Virus record (IMG/VR): IMGVR_UViG_3300031595_000166
Location: 64,001-128,000 of that record
DNA: 64,000 nt
Source of the DNA: a virus
Strand: one strand, 5' to 3'
Positions 1 to 10,236 of the stretch are shown here, piece by piece. The position numbers were made by a program, and so were the translations under genes. Below the pieces are notes generated by a model. That model was given only the letters and a program-made list of their open reading frames with translations. It ran no database searches and was not told the DNA's origin. Within the stretch, counting starts at the first letter, position 1, and each line of letters starts with the position of its first letter.

Positions 1-39
1 GTTTCTTTTTCTTTGACATTTTGTTTGGTTCCTTTATCG

Positions 40-111
40 TACGCCCGGCAAGATTCGAACTCGCATAAATCTCATTAGAACTGAGGTGCCCATCCATTAG
101 ACCACGGACGC
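40..111 (-). tRNA. tRNA-Arg(UCU)
   Basis: Cloverleaf on minus strand: acceptor GCGTCCG/CGGGCGT, D-loop GGAT, anticodon loop GT-TCT-AA, T-loop TTCGAAT; no encoded CCA. Confidence 0.85.
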
Positions 112-116
112 AACTG

Positions 117-308
117 TTATTGTATTTCCATAACTTCTAAAAACGATCCGTCTTCTTCGTAAGATTTTCCAGTCTGTTCAGTATAAATCTGTTCCATCAA
201 CAATCTTACGGCTTCTCCCGAAGAAGCATTTGGGAATAGATTTTCTGCCTCTAATACTTCTTCATCCGAGATTGGAATTGTAATTATTGCTTTGTATCTG
301 ATACTCAT
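117..308 (-). CDS. hypothetical acidic protein
   Basis: ORF in co-oriented gene run with GAAGGA-type RBS. Confidence 0.6.
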   Translation of the reverse strand: MSIRYKAIITIPISDEEVLEAENLFPNASSGEAVRLLMEQIYTEQTGKSYEEDGSFLEVMEIQ

Positions 309-317
309 TTCCTTCTC

Positions 318-641
318 CTATAATAGTAGTAAATACTTTTCCAGATCCTCAGGAGAGACAAACCTCTCCCATCGTTTTCCTTTGTATGCAATATCTTTAT
401 ACCAGTGTTGCTTCTTTGTTATACCAACACTCACTCGAACTCTATGATCGAATGGAAAATAATAACTGTTGAAGTTAGCGTAAGTGTATAATTTTCCAGA
501 CAGCTCAAACACATATATGATACTGATTTGTCCTGCACTACTGAATGGAGCCGTATCACGTAGTCTATGCCAATGTATCTTATGGTTAGCTTCCTTTGGC
601 GTCCGGCACATTGGTTCTTTGCAAGAAGGGCATCGTGTCAT
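318..641 (-). CDS. CPxC zinc-finger-like protein with C-terminal LLLL tag (divergent)
   Basis: N-terminal CPSC, C-terminus EDLEKYLLLL. Confidence 0.7.
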   Translation of the reverse strand: MTRCPSCKEPMCRTPKEANHKIHWHRLRDTAPFSSAGQISIIYVFELSGKLYTYANFNSYYFPFDHRVRVSVGITKKQHWYKDIAYKGKRWERFVSPEDLEKYLLLL

Positions 642-834
642 TTTCTTTTTTCGTCAGGAAAATACTTCCACAATATGAATAAACACAAGCCCCAATATAA
701 ACTTGCTTGAATAATACTATTCGCTAAATACCAATGTGCTCCATATGGGTTGCCATAAGTCATTTTGAGATATGATCTTCTACCATTTGCAATGAACAAC
801 ATCAATGACATTATGGAAAGAACAATGCGAGTTT

Positions 835-1047
835 TCATTTTTTGATAGCGGCGAAGTTCTGATCTTCCGTAATGTAATTTCCAAGTTCCAATCCTTGACA
901 CAACGCCCAACATTCATTGGCAGTATCCAGTTTGATTACTCGATCATAGATATTGATCATTGCAGGATATGTTTTTATTGCGCGAAGTTGAGCAATAACA
1001 TCATCAACCTTCAACATGTCGGTAATGATTTTGTATGATTCGCTCAT
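835..1047 (-). CDS. hypothetical protein
   Basis: ATGA-coupled ORF in minus-strand operon. Confidence 0.55.
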   Translation of the reverse strand: MSESYKIITDMLKVDDVIAQLRAIKTYPAMINIYDRVIKLDTANECWALCQGLELGNYITEDQNFAAIKK

Positions 1048-1274
1048 TCAATAACTCTTACTTTGAAGTCCGCATCGTCTATTTTCTTGACCCACAACAT
1101 CGCTTTGCCGTCAAACGACCTACACGCCAGCCAAACGCCCGGAGTCGCGCCACGATAGGGCTCCGTCGTTTCCTGCCGTAGGATCCAACGATCCCCGTGA
1201 TAGGAAGCCCGCTTCTTACCTTGTTCGTTTCGTGGAATGAGTTCTACGAATGTGAATTTTTTTTGACGAGCCAT
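1044..1274 (-). CDS. hypothetical protein
   Basis: Coupled ORF in minus-strand operon. Confidence 0.6.
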   Translation of the reverse strand: MARQKKFTFVELIPRNEQGKKRASYHGDRWILRQETTEPYRGATPGVWLACRSFDGKAMLWVKKIDDADFKVRVIE

Positions 1275-1531
1275 TACATCAACACCAATAGTTTTTTAAG
1301 TTTTTCCATTTGATTCAAAAACGGAATAAAATCGTCCTGCGTTAAAATAATTTGATTAGCGGGGATATTAATAGTAATCCCGTCTTCAACAAGACATTCT
1401 TTTCCATCAGTCCAATTTTCATCATCATCTTTAAATTGCACTGTTATTTGGTAAGTAGCATAATTGTCTAAAACCATTTTTTTGACAACCAATCTCGAAT
1501 CTTCGGTTAGATTCAATACGATGGTATTCAT
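1274..1531 (-). CDS. hypothetical protein with C-terminal tag
   Basis: Ends MEKLKKLLVLM. Confidence 0.65.
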   Translation of the reverse strand: MNTIVLNLTEDSRLVVKKMVLDNYATYQITVQFKDDDENWTDGKECLVEDGITINIPANQIILTQDDFIPFLNQMEKLKKLLVLM

Positions 1532-1869
1532 TACTTCCTACCCTTCACTTCCTTCACTGTATCAAGTGTGCCAGCATTCACAATTGGAATGATTGGCTCA
1601 TCCTTGATTTTTTCCATCATCTCTGGCATTCGTTTTCGATATGCTTCAATTTCTTCAAGTCGTTCATCATCAAGGCTATGTTCAATCTCAAACTCATTCC
1701 TATACTCGTCAATCTGATTTTGAATCCGTCTTTGACATTCGCGAGCTTCAACAAGCGAATCTTCAATCTCAACTAATTCCTTCTTCTTGGAGAGATATAT
1801 CACTGTGTAATGAGCAATATCATTTGTTGCGACGGCAAGTTGCGAATTGAGTTTTTCAATTTTGGTCAT
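1531..1869 (-). CDS. coiled-coil hypothetical protein
   Basis: Likely start MTKIEKL at ATGA overlap; heptad-rich. Confidence 0.55.
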   Translation of the reverse strand: MTKIEKLNSQLAVATNDIAHYTVIYLSKKKELVEIEDSLVEARECQRRIQNQIDEYRNEFEIEHSLDDERLEEIEAYRKRMPEMMEKIKDEPIIPIVNAGTLDTVKEVKGRK

Positions 1870-2779
1870 TTGATATTCCTTGGACAAACTACACAATGAA
1901 AATAGTATTCGTTTTTGCCATTCCTGCTTGTCGTGATGGTTGCCGGAATAATATGCACACCACGCTTGTCTTTGTCAATAGCAACATGCGGCGTTCCACA
2001 AGATTGGCAAACGAATAGACAAGTATCTAAAACACCATCTGCTTGAAACATTAGTTCCTACCATTACTACTAACGAACATCAATGTTTTACCGTTAGCTT
2101 TGGCAAGGTATGTCATCGCTTGTTCAATCTCGGCTTTGCTTGTTCCACGTTGAAACATTCGATGAACCATTGCTGATAGTTCATCCCGTTCTATACCAAC
2201 GGCAGTAGAGACTTTTTCAAGCCAACCATTTGGTATTGTTAGTTCTTGCGTCATAGTGATTTTATTTTGCCGGCAAACTTTTCAAACAAAAATGCACAAG
2301 TTAAGCACAACGGAATACAACCTAACGGCGCGGGCACCGTAATCATTTCATAATATACTACCGCTGGCTTATCACATAATTCACATTTGTCATCAATATG
2401 AATTAGCTTATCCATTGTATTGCTTGGGCTTAGTAGCCTTCTCACCTACACCGACGCCAGCAAACTTCTTTGGCTTTTCCTTCTTATCTCCATCCCACGG
2501 AAAAATAAACGCAATGTATGCTGCACCAAGAACTGTTGCAATCATGAGGCTAACAAGAAGAATGTGCATTTGAACTCTCCATAGCATTGGCAAGATTCAT
2601 TGTCTTGATACAAACTACAACACAAGCAATTAGCAACGCTGCATCAAGTCCAAGGAAGCAACCACTAATTGTCATATGACCACTATAAAACAAACACACA
2701 GCAACAATGCCAACAAACTTGGCACAGGCAAAAAGACTTCCTGCAACTCTGTTATTATGCTTGATGATTTGATCGTCTT

Positions 2780-3154
2780 TCATTTCACACCTTTGTAAAT
2801 GTCAATGAAGAATGTTTCAACATCTTTGCTTTCAGCAAACCCAAGTCGTTCCATTGTTTCTCTAACAACTTCCATTGAAACCAATGAATACCATTCATTC
2901 TCAATATCCAACGATGGAGTTAGATTGGGAAGAATATCATCAATGAAGATTGGACAATTTGGAATATGACCAAACTTATTCCAATAAGCAATGGGGGTAA
3001 GAATTACAACGCATTGACCTTTTGCTTTGACCAATGAACTTGGAAGAACGCAATAGTAAAACTCCCAAGGTAATGCGTCTTCGCACATCTCTTTATATGC
3101 ACTATCTTTGTCGGAAGTAGCATAATAAGTTTCGATGTTCTCCCAGTAATTCAT
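2780..3154 (-). CDS. hypothetical protein, paralog of 48780..49160
   Basis: Shared LTP.AY(W/F)...DILP...GF pattern. Confidence 0.65.
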   Translation of the reverse strand: MNYWENIETYYATSDKDSAYKEMCEDALPWEFYYCVLPSSLVKAKGQCVVILTPIAYWNKFGHIPNCPIFIDDILPNLTPSLDIENEWYSLVSMEVVRETMERLGFAESKDVETFFIDIYKGVK

Positions 3155-3155
3155 T

Positions 3156-3545
3156 TTACACCGCGGTTAGTTTATACTTCTTGCCATCAATCTCAACTTC
3201 TTTACCATCACAAGGATCGGGTCGCTTGTGTAGTTTTGCAACTTCAAGTTTCCAATTGGCTTCGGAATAATATATGCCATTGAGATACCAATATTTGGTA
3301 CCATTAGCAAGCTCAACAGCAGGACCATCTTTCCGATGATATTTGCCATTGAGATACCACCACTTGTTTCCATTAGCAATCTCAATAGCAGCAGGACCGT
3401 CTTCCCGATGATATCTGCCATTGAGATACCAGTGTTTGTCTCCATTAGCATTCTCAATGGCAGGTCCATCTTCCCGATGAAGATTGCCATCGAGATACCA
3501 TTCACGAGTTCCGTTGTCGTAAACCTTTACAGTGTATTCAATCAT
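3156..3545 (-). CDS. HREDGPA beta-hairpin repeat protein (untagged form)
   Basis: WYLNG.xHREDGPAIE repeats; ends GKEVEIDGKKYKLTAV rather than the tag. Confidence 0.85.
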   Translation of the reverse strand: MIEYTVKVYDNGTREWYLDGNLHREDGPAIENANGDKHWYLNGRYHREDGPAAIEIANGNKWWYLNGKYHRKDGPAVELANGTKYWYLNGIYYSEANWKLEVAKLHKRPDPCDGKEVEIDGKKYKLTAV

Positions 3546-3991
3546 TGTCCTTGCACTCCAACAACATTCAGTGGAAGATTACAATTCTCTTCCATAGAAC
3601 CCATAGTCTCTTCGCCAAGATCAAAATGTTCTTTACATAGGACAACATCAACTCCAACATTGAAGATCGTTCCTTCAACATCCTTCTTGACGAGTGATGC
3701 CTTTACCACACCAGAACCACCACAAAATCCGCAGTCTTTGCTACCTTTGCTCATTTGATTTTTCCTCGACTTTCGTGTCTCTCACAATAGCCACGCCAGA
3801 ACCGTTCGTCAAGCCTCGCATCCATGGCTTCCAGTAATGGCGCACACATCCTCTTACCTTGGATACTGCATTATCATCCGCTAAAAGAACGGCTATCACA
3901 ACGGAAAGATCAACATTCAATAGAACACTAACGCCCTTAGTTCCATAGATTTTGCTAAGGTCAATGGCTCGTTGTCTAATCTCTTCGGTTG

Positions 3992-4216
3992 TCATTTAAC
4001 ATACCCCGGCAGATCTTCCCAATTCAAAACTGGCTTGTCCAACGCAGCCATTGCCATCTTCAATACATCACGCATACTTTCCGCAGTATCTGAAACAAAA
4101 CGACACGGCTCGGAAGTGTATGACTCGACCTTACCGACATCATTGTAAAAAACCTCATACAAACCGAATGAATCATCAGTGTGCTTAATGATACGGTAAT
4201 TCCAATGCCTCTTCAT
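3992..4216 (-). CDS. conserved phage hypothetical protein
   Basis: WNYRII...YEVFY...ALDKPVL pattern. Confidence 0.6.
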   Translation of the reverse strand: MKRHWNYRIIKHTDDSFGLYEVFYNDVGKVESYTSEPCRFVSDTAESMRDVLKMAMAALDKPVLNWEDLPGYVK

Positions 4217-4909
4217 TTTATTTTCCCTTTGGTTCTAACTCCAACATGTCTTCCGAATACATGTACCGACCGGTCTTGTCCCATTGAACATAGTAATAGT
4301 TAGGATCATCATTACGATCTTTTGGAACTATATCGTATATAACACCAACAGCTTTTTCTTCCCCCACAAGAGATACACGATCGTGCCTCTTGAATTTATA
4401 TGGCGTAGCCATATTTATTTCTGACCCTTCGCCCAAGCAAGGATATTTTCAAGAGTTTCAATGCTAAGCGAAACTCCTTCTTTGCCTTGGCTGATATGAA
4501 TCGCCTTTTCATTATCAGTTGCTGCATCGTGTGTATTCGGAACTACTCGAATACGAGGCGACATATAATCTTTGCCACCAGTAATGCTAACATTATCACC
4601 AACGTTGCGCACAATTTCCACCACATTATTATCACTCATTGTCATTTTCCTTTTCGTTGTTGTCTTCTTTGATTAGAATCCAAGTGTCTTTGTGTCCGTC
4701 GCCAAGATAGTTGTAGTAAATTGCAATACGATCATTAGGTCTATCACAATATTTGTAATAACTATCATAGTAATTGGCAAAATTATATGCTTCAAGAGTT
4801 GCCCTAACTATACTATAAGCATTGCGATTATAGCTAATAACTTTATTCGTATCGTGTAATGACCCGTCAGGAAACACCTCATAAATACGATAGTCTGAAT
4901 AGTCTGGCA

Positions 4910-5392
4910 TTATGCTTTCTTCTTTTTCACAAGACCTTTGTTATTGTATGTATCGAAGTCGAGATCTTTTTCTTCAACAAGCGTTTTGCTTACTTCTTGC
5001 GAGCCGCCTTTACTAACAAGATATCCTCTGCCATCCCGAGTATATCTAACTTCGGTAATACCGTTATACATATCGAAGTCAAACTTTTCAATTGTTAGAT
5101 CTGGAATTGTTGGAACGCTGCTTTTCTTTTCAACAATAGCAATCTCTTTTGCTACAATTTGTTGTGGTAGATCATATGCAAGTTCGGTATATTCATACGA
5201 ATAGATCTTGCTATCAGTCCATTCAACCCATACATAATCTCTACCTACGCAACTACAAACCTTCTTATTGCAAGTCTTGCCGCCAGCGGTAGTCGCTCCA
5301 TAACAAGCAATGTATCTTACCTTGCCCGCAACTCTGCTACCACTCGTAGTCTTTACAATGTCATTCACTTTGAAGGAGTTCATCGTCATCAA
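4910..5392 (-). CDS. hypothetical protein with SH3-like N-terminus
   Basis: FKVNDIV...GKV...VWVEW...YEYTEL. Confidence 0.55.
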   Translation of the reverse strand: MMTMNSFKVNDIVKTTSGSRVAGKVRYIACYGATTAGGKTCNKKVCSCVGRDYVWVEWTDSKIYSYEYTELAYDLPQQIVAKEIAIVEKKSSVPTIPDLTIEKFDFDMYNGITEVRYTRDGRGYLVSKGGSQEVSKTLVEEKDLDFDTYNNKGLVKKKKA

Positions 5393-5689
5393 TCTTTCTT
5401 ATTCGCCAAGTATCTATTCGCCAATTGATTACAGCAGAAGTTTTCTTATGATCACTCCATTCTAAAATATAACCATTCATACCTTTGGTGAAACCATATA
5501 TCTGCTCAAACATCGATAGAATAATCGCATATCTATATATACTATCTAAATTGTAATATGAATCATCAAGATTGTATTTACGAAGCAATGTTTTCATTGC
5601 AATACTATCGTTCTGATCAACGCTTATTGTGCCGACTTCTTCTTCTCTACCATCGGGATAGAGCTCATATACAGCGAATGTTGTCATAT

Positions 5690-6064
5690 TTACAACGGGT
5701 TATACGAAGAACCTTTACACGACACACAAACTACATCACCATCTTCACCAGTGTTCAGGCAACGCTTACAATCTTTCCTGCTCATATAAACTCCACCAAT
5801 TCCCCAACCACGAATCTCTGTGCCTTTATCCACTTCAATCAATGCATATGCTTTTGCAATGACAACATCTACATGAGTTCCATCAATAAATCCCCACCAA
5901 CCTGGGGTTCCTCCGGACTTTGGGATGAATACCTTCTTTGTTGTTGTGCCAATGGATAGTTTCTTACATAGATCAATAGCAGTATCAATTACATAGCAAG
6001 TATGATCTGGATGACCGTTTCCAGAAACGAGTTCTGATCTTTCCCAAACCTCGTAATGTGCCAT
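5690..6064 (-). CDS. hypothetical protein with C-terminal CxxCxGxG zinc finger
   Basis: CKRCLNTG...CVSCKGS. Confidence 0.55.
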   Translation of the reverse strand: MAHYEVWERSELVSGNGHPDHTCYVIDTAIDLCKKLSIGTTTKKVFIPKSGGTPGWWGFIDGTHVDVVIAKAYALIEVDKGTEIRGWGIGGVYMSRKDCKRCLNTGEDGDVVCVSCKGSSYNPL

Positions 6065-6069
6065 TACTA

Positions 6070-6516
6070 TTATGCTCTGTTATGGCAGGAACAATCACAA
6101 GGAGTTTTTTTACAATATGGTCCATTATTACATTTTGCACAAGGAACCGGACAATGGGTGCACATTACATCACCACGACCATATATCGTCATCATATGAG
6201 TATCATCGCAGGTATTACAAACTGGCGACTCAACTTCTGTTGATTTGGCTTTGAGTTTTTCTAACTTGGAAACTACTTCGTATTGTTCAAACTTGATTAG
6301 CCTTGACATCGGATATACTTTGTCTTCATGATTAACCGAAAACACTGCAATGTATTCCATGTCATGACCACCAAGATCCATTAGGAATGAGTTGTTCAAT
6401 TCCAATGTGCTATCATCGTAGAACACAATACTAACATGTCGCTTGAAACGAGGATCATTGGCGTTGAGGTTCTTGCCATACTCTTTTACCAATTCAACTG
6501 CTTGATCGTAATTCAT
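6070..6516 (-). CDS. hypothetical protein with Cys-rich C-terminus
   Basis: Start re-assigned to MNYDQAV, downstream of promoter at 6542-6570 with GGGAGA RBS. Confidence 0.6.
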   Translation of the reverse strand: MNYDQAVELVKEYGKNLNANDPRFKRHVSIVFYDDSTLELNNSFLMDLGGHDMEYIAVFSVNHEDKVYPMSRLIKFEQYEVVSKLEKLKAKSTEVESPVCNTCDDTHMMTIYGRGDVMCTHCPVPCAKCNNGPYCKKTPCDCSCHNRA

Positions 6517-6541
6517 TGACAATCTCCCATGCGAAGGAACC

Positions 6542-6570
6542 AATCTAACCACCCGTCGCAGCCGTGTCAA
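6542..6570 (-). promoter_or_regulatory. sigma70-type early promoter
   Basis: TTGACA-17-TAGATT. Confidence 0.75.
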
Positions 6571-6946
6571 GACCCGCAAGAAAACTACACGACGCACAAA
6601 CGAACTTCTCACCTACATTGGGAGCGGCGTGGGGCGCTGGTAAATTACAACCAGAACATACCTGATTAGCATTGATTACAATATCTTCTATAATGTCAAC
6701 CATACATGTAGGCGAGACCCAATAAAACCAATTTATGTGATTGAACTCTTGTCCAAGAACAAAACCACCATTACACATATGCCTAAAATTACTATGAGAT
6801 CGATTCCAACTATTCATATCATCTGGTTTTACGTCCCAACCTAATAATGCATACCCACCAAAAAACTCCAACAAAACGCACGGATGAAGTGAGTATTCAC
6901 TAATGAATTGTGTCCCAACTGGAACATTTTTGATATAACAGTTCAT
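6545..6946 (-). CDS. variable-N / conserved C-terminal zinc-ribbon family protein
   Basis: C-terminal QVCSGCNLPAPHAAPN...FVCASC shared with four paralogs. Confidence 0.8.
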   Translation of the reverse strand: MNCYIKNVPVGTQFISEYSLHPCVLLEFFGGYALLGWDVKPDDMNSWNRSHSNFRHMCNGGFVLGQEFNHINWFYWVSPTCMVDIIEDIVINANQVCSGCNLPAPHAAPNVGEKFVCASCSFLAGLDTAATGG

Positions 6947-8016
6947 TTATACGCCAATAATTTCATAAGGTTATCAACCTGCATCTCTGCAAAATACTCC
7001 TTGAAAGAATGAACTTTTTTTGCTCGCAATGTAAATAACGCGCCAGAACACTTTGACTTTACGGCTTGCAGTGCGAATGCTTTTTGCTCTGGAATGTCCT
7101 TGATAGCGTCATATTCAGTTTCAAGTTCTGCAATTAGATTGTGCAGTCTGCTTTGTGCTTCATCGAACGCTGGCTTGTATTCAGGAAACGCAATCAACAC
7201 TTCCGGCATTTCTCCTGTTCGCGCAATCTCAACGATTGACTTCTGCGACATCAATCCGTCTTTGGCGTGATGCAACAAGACATAGCCTGGATGCTTGATC
7301 TTTACCCTATTGAACTTTGAATCAACAATAACATAACCTTCTTGTTCCAATGGATTCATTTGCTTGAATGACTCAATACAAGCATCGAAACTGTTCAACG
7401 GAAACTCTTTTACAATTGGGCAAGGGATATATTGTTGTGCTTCTTTTGCAGTTAGTTCCTGCAATGTAATTAGATTACGAGCGCCAAGCAATGTGAGGCT
7501 CGGTTCTTGGTATCGAACTACGATTCTATTTAGCTGTGATGTCAGTTCGAAAAAGAAGCAGATACCACAATTAGGATCTGGTAATTGATACTTGAATGTA
7601 TCCCAGAATAATTTTTGGAATGTAATACCAAAACCGTTGACATCACCGCCAGCGTCCGGCGTTCCAGTTGTTGAAACATGCCATTCACCATTATATGGCC
7701 AGAGACAACTCAAACTTCCATCCACTTTGCATTGAACACGAGCGGTATTCCAATCGATTGTTGCTGCGTGTCCTTCACCCCAGTTAAAAAACTTCTGAAA
7801 ACTCATACATCGGACTGCCCAATCAGCGTTCTCATCCAAAATAATTCCACGACACTCACGAACGATTTGTTCCGAGAACGGTGAATCGATTTGATTATAC
7901 TTGAACAAGACAAGATTGCCGTATGTTGAATGACGCTTTGCATCAATAAAATACTTGTCGGCTAATTCATCGAATGAATAACCGGAGCGAAGGAAGTTTT
8001 GAATTAATAATGTCAT
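6943..8016 (-). CDS. T4 Rnl1-like RNA ligase
   Basis: ECRGIIL, KFFN, motif I KVDGS, FEL, EGYVI, RVKIK. Confidence 0.9.
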   Translation of the reverse strand: MTLLIQNFLRSGYSFDELADKYFIDAKRHSTYGNLVLFKYNQIDSPFSEQIVRECRGIILDENADWAVRCMSFQKFFNWGEGHAATIDWNTARVQCKVDGSLSCLWPYNGEWHVSTTGTPDAGGDVNGFGITFQKLFWDTFKYQLPDPNCGICFFFELTSQLNRIVVRYQEPSLTLLGARNLITLQELTAKEAQQYIPCPIVKEFPLNSFDACIESFKQMNPLEQEGYVIVDSKFNRVKIKHPGYVLLHHAKDGLMSQKSIVEIARTGEMPEVLIAFPEYKPAFDEAQSRLHNLIAELETEYDAIKDIPEQKAFALQAVKSKCSGALFTLRAKKVHSFKEYFAEMQVDNLMKLLAYK

Positions 8017-8453
8017 ATCAGTATCAGATACTTTTGCAAGTTTTCTTTTCCATAGATTCGTTTGTTATCAAGTTGTGGAATGTGTTTATTATTGATATAG
8101 TAGTAAGTTCTACCATCATCAGCCCATTCACAAGCAGGTCCGTCTTCTCGATGATACTTGTTATTGAGAAACCAGTATTTGTTTCCGTTAGCATACTCAA
8201 CAGCATGACATGTCAATCCCGTTTCGGGATTGATGTCTTCTCGATGAAGTTTGCCATTGAGATACCAAAATTTGCTTCCATTAACATACTCAACAGCAGG
8301 TCCGTCTTCTCGATGAAGTTTGCCATTGAGAAACCAAGATTTGTCTCCATTAGAATACTCAACAGCAGGTCCGTCTTCTCGATGATATTTGTCATTGAGA
8401 TACCAAAATTTGTTTCCATTAGCATCAATTTTACATTCTGTAATATTAGGCAT
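8013..8453 (-). CDS. HREDGPA repeat protein with tagged tail
   Basis: Repeats plus IPQLDNKRIYGKENLQKYLILI. Confidence 0.85.
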   Translation of the reverse strand: MPNITECKIDANGNKFWYLNDKYHREDGPAVEYSNGDKSWFLNGKLHREDGPAVEYVNGSKFWYLNGKLHREDINPETGLTCHAVEYANGNKYWFLNNKYHREDGPACEWADDGRTYYYINNKHIPQLDNKRIYGKENLQKYLILI

Positions 8454-8472
8454 AATATCCTATACTTTTGCG

Positions 8473-8673
8473 ATGGACAATAGTAGTTTCTTCCATATTC
8501 TCAATGGCGCTGGTGCATTGATCGGCGTTATAATAGCATTTCTTTCTTACCGAAAATCTACTCAAAAAGGATCTGAGAAGCAGGTAGAATCAATTCAATT
8601 CACACTTAATCAACATAGCACGAAACTTGCGGTATTGGAAGAAAGATTGAATAACTTGAAAGATAGATTATAG
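8473..8673 (+). CDS. small membrane protein, TM plus coiled coil (holin/XhlA-like architecture)
   Basis: MDNSSFF...GALIGVIIAFLSY then LAVLEERL; fills the gap between minus-strand genes. Confidence 0.55.
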   Translation: MDNSSFFHILNGAGALIGVIIAFLSYRKSTQKGSEKQVESIQFTLNQHSTKLAVLEERLNNLKDRL

Positions 8674-9204
8674 TCATTCCTCCACAAAATCTACTTCATC
8701 ATACGAATAACTCGTATCATTATACTCCGAGGTAAATGAGCCCGAATCAATAAATCCTTGCACATCATTCAGGTGTGCTGGTGGATTATAGTTATCAGTG
8801 ATCCATTGCTTGCGTTTTGCTTCGTATTCTTGATGGGCTTGATTACGAAGTTGCTGAATGTTTCCACATTCTTTATTCCAAGCACTAAGACGAGCATTAT
8901 GTTCTTGTTGCAATCGCTTGTGAATTGCTTTTAGTTCGGGAGTTATTTTCTTGATTTTATTCAATTCAATATATTCAGGTGATGCAGATGGTTGCGCTGG
9001 CAATATATATGTTTTGTAAGCATCATAGGCATATGGTCTTACGTTTTCATTAAGTTGTTTTGCAAACGCACAGTTGAATTCTTGAAGTTCTTCAAGTTTC
9101 TTTACGATCTCTTTTGCCTTATCCTCACTGCGACAAACGCAAACATTCGATTCGGTATGATCGGAATAATCACCATGGGAATCGCTAACAACATAGACTT
9201 TCAT
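8674..9204 (-). CDS. hypothetical protein
   Basis: MKVYVV...GDYSD...EDKAKE phage-type N-terminus. Confidence 0.65.
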   Translation of the reverse strand: MKVYVVSDSHGDYSDHTESNVCVCRSEDKAKEIVKKLEELQEFNCAFAKQLNENVRPYAYDAYKTYILPAQPSASPEYIELNKIKKITPELKAIHKRLQQEHNARLSAWNKECGNIQQLRNQAHQEYEAKRKQWITDNYNPPAHLNDVQGFIDSGSFTSEYNDTSYSYDEVDFVEE

Positions 9205-9359
9205 TGGTTTTTCTCACATGAGGCGTCTTGTTCTGTTGGTTGTTTTGGCTTATTTTCCGGGTAATGTCCAGCAGTAATTTCATTTAGTGTTGGCTGGTTA
9301 GTAAAACTAACCGGCACACAACCAACGAAAAATAGAATGATTAGACATAGTTTCATCAT
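9201..9359 (-). CDS. small putative lipoprotein (not in ORF track)
   Basis: MMKLCLIILFFVGC..., ATGA-coupled at both ends. Confidence 0.5.
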   Translation of the reverse strand: MMKLCLIILFFVGCVPVSFTNQPTLNEITAGHYPENKPKQPTEQDASCEKNQ

Positions 9360-9604
9360 TGATTCTTCTCACAGGTTTTTAGATCATTAACACACAAGAC
9401 TGCCCAATCAGCGAATGTGCAATCAACATTTCCGCGACCATTGCAAAACGCAATTGGTTGATCATTTTTGAATGATGATATGCAGTAGTTCCAATTATGC
9501 CAACACACTGGATGAATATGTGCTCTGTGTGGATCGCGTGCTGGCTTTGAGCATGCAAGTATTGGTAGTAGAAGTAATGGTAGGAGTAGTGTTAGTTTTT
9601 TCAT
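9356..9604 (-). CDS. putative lipoprotein
   Basis: Hydrophobic signal with ILAC lipobox. Confidence 0.6.
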   Translation of the reverse strand: MKKLTLLLPLLLLPILACSKPARDPHRAHIHPVCWHNWNYCISSFKNDQPIAFCNGRGNVDCTFADWAVLCVNDLKTCEKNQ

Positions 9605-9798
9605 TGTGTGCTTTCTTTATGTTCGGGGTGAGTTTCGTTGCATGATTTAGTGTGGCATTTGTGATGGAACTTTGCGTGATACCATAGATGGGCTTTGCGG
9701 AAATAGTATCCGATGAATGGAAGCATTGCCATTAGAGCCATTGTTTCGTCGATGCACCAATGCATTTTCCTCAATCCTTTCATATACTTATGAATTTT

Positions 9799-10224
9799 TT
9801 ACCAAACCCTATTGCCATTCAACCAGCCACTATCCTCATCAACGAATAGAACATAGTCGGAATAATCACAAGACAGTTGCACCCAAGGATGTTCATCCTC
9901 AAGTTCTTGTTCTTCGCATTCATCGGATAGATCGCTGGACATTTTTTCAATTACGTACTTTATTGATTTACCGTCAAAACGACCATCAGTATATTCATCA
10001 ACGATATAACATTCGACTACGTCTTGATCGTTCATAACATCAAGCGGTTCAAAATCAATACCACCTCGCCCGCGAAGATACGACACGAAAATATCATCAA
10101 TAGTGGATGAGTTAGTAATTAATGTTTTCATTGCCTGAATGTTTGCAAGATCCATACCTTCGTGGGCGACCTTAGTCATTGCGAAAAAATTTCCAGACTT
10201 TACCAATAATGTTCCGCCAGTCAT
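9799..10224 (-). CDS. hypothetical acidic protein
   Basis: AAGGA RBS, in operon. Confidence 0.6.
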   Translation of the reverse strand: MTGGTLLVKSGNFFAMTKVAHEGMDLANIQAMKTLITNSSTIDDIFVSYLRGRGGIDFEPLDVMNDQDVVECYIVDEYTDGRFDGKSIKYVIEKMSSDLSDECEEQELEDEHPWVQLSCDYSDYVLFVDEDSGWLNGNRVW

Positions 10225-10236
10225 TGTCTTTATCCT

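Noticed and set aside
40-111. Amber suppressor reading (CUA) of the first tRNA
   Set aside because: Stem pairing CTCA/TGAG fixes the loop as GT-TCT-AA; a CTA-centred loop has no stem.
9201-9604. Two adjacent lipoproteins both ending CEKNQ
   Set aside because: Explained by a shared GAGAA-rich RBS/ATGA coupling junction or a local duplication; only two instances.
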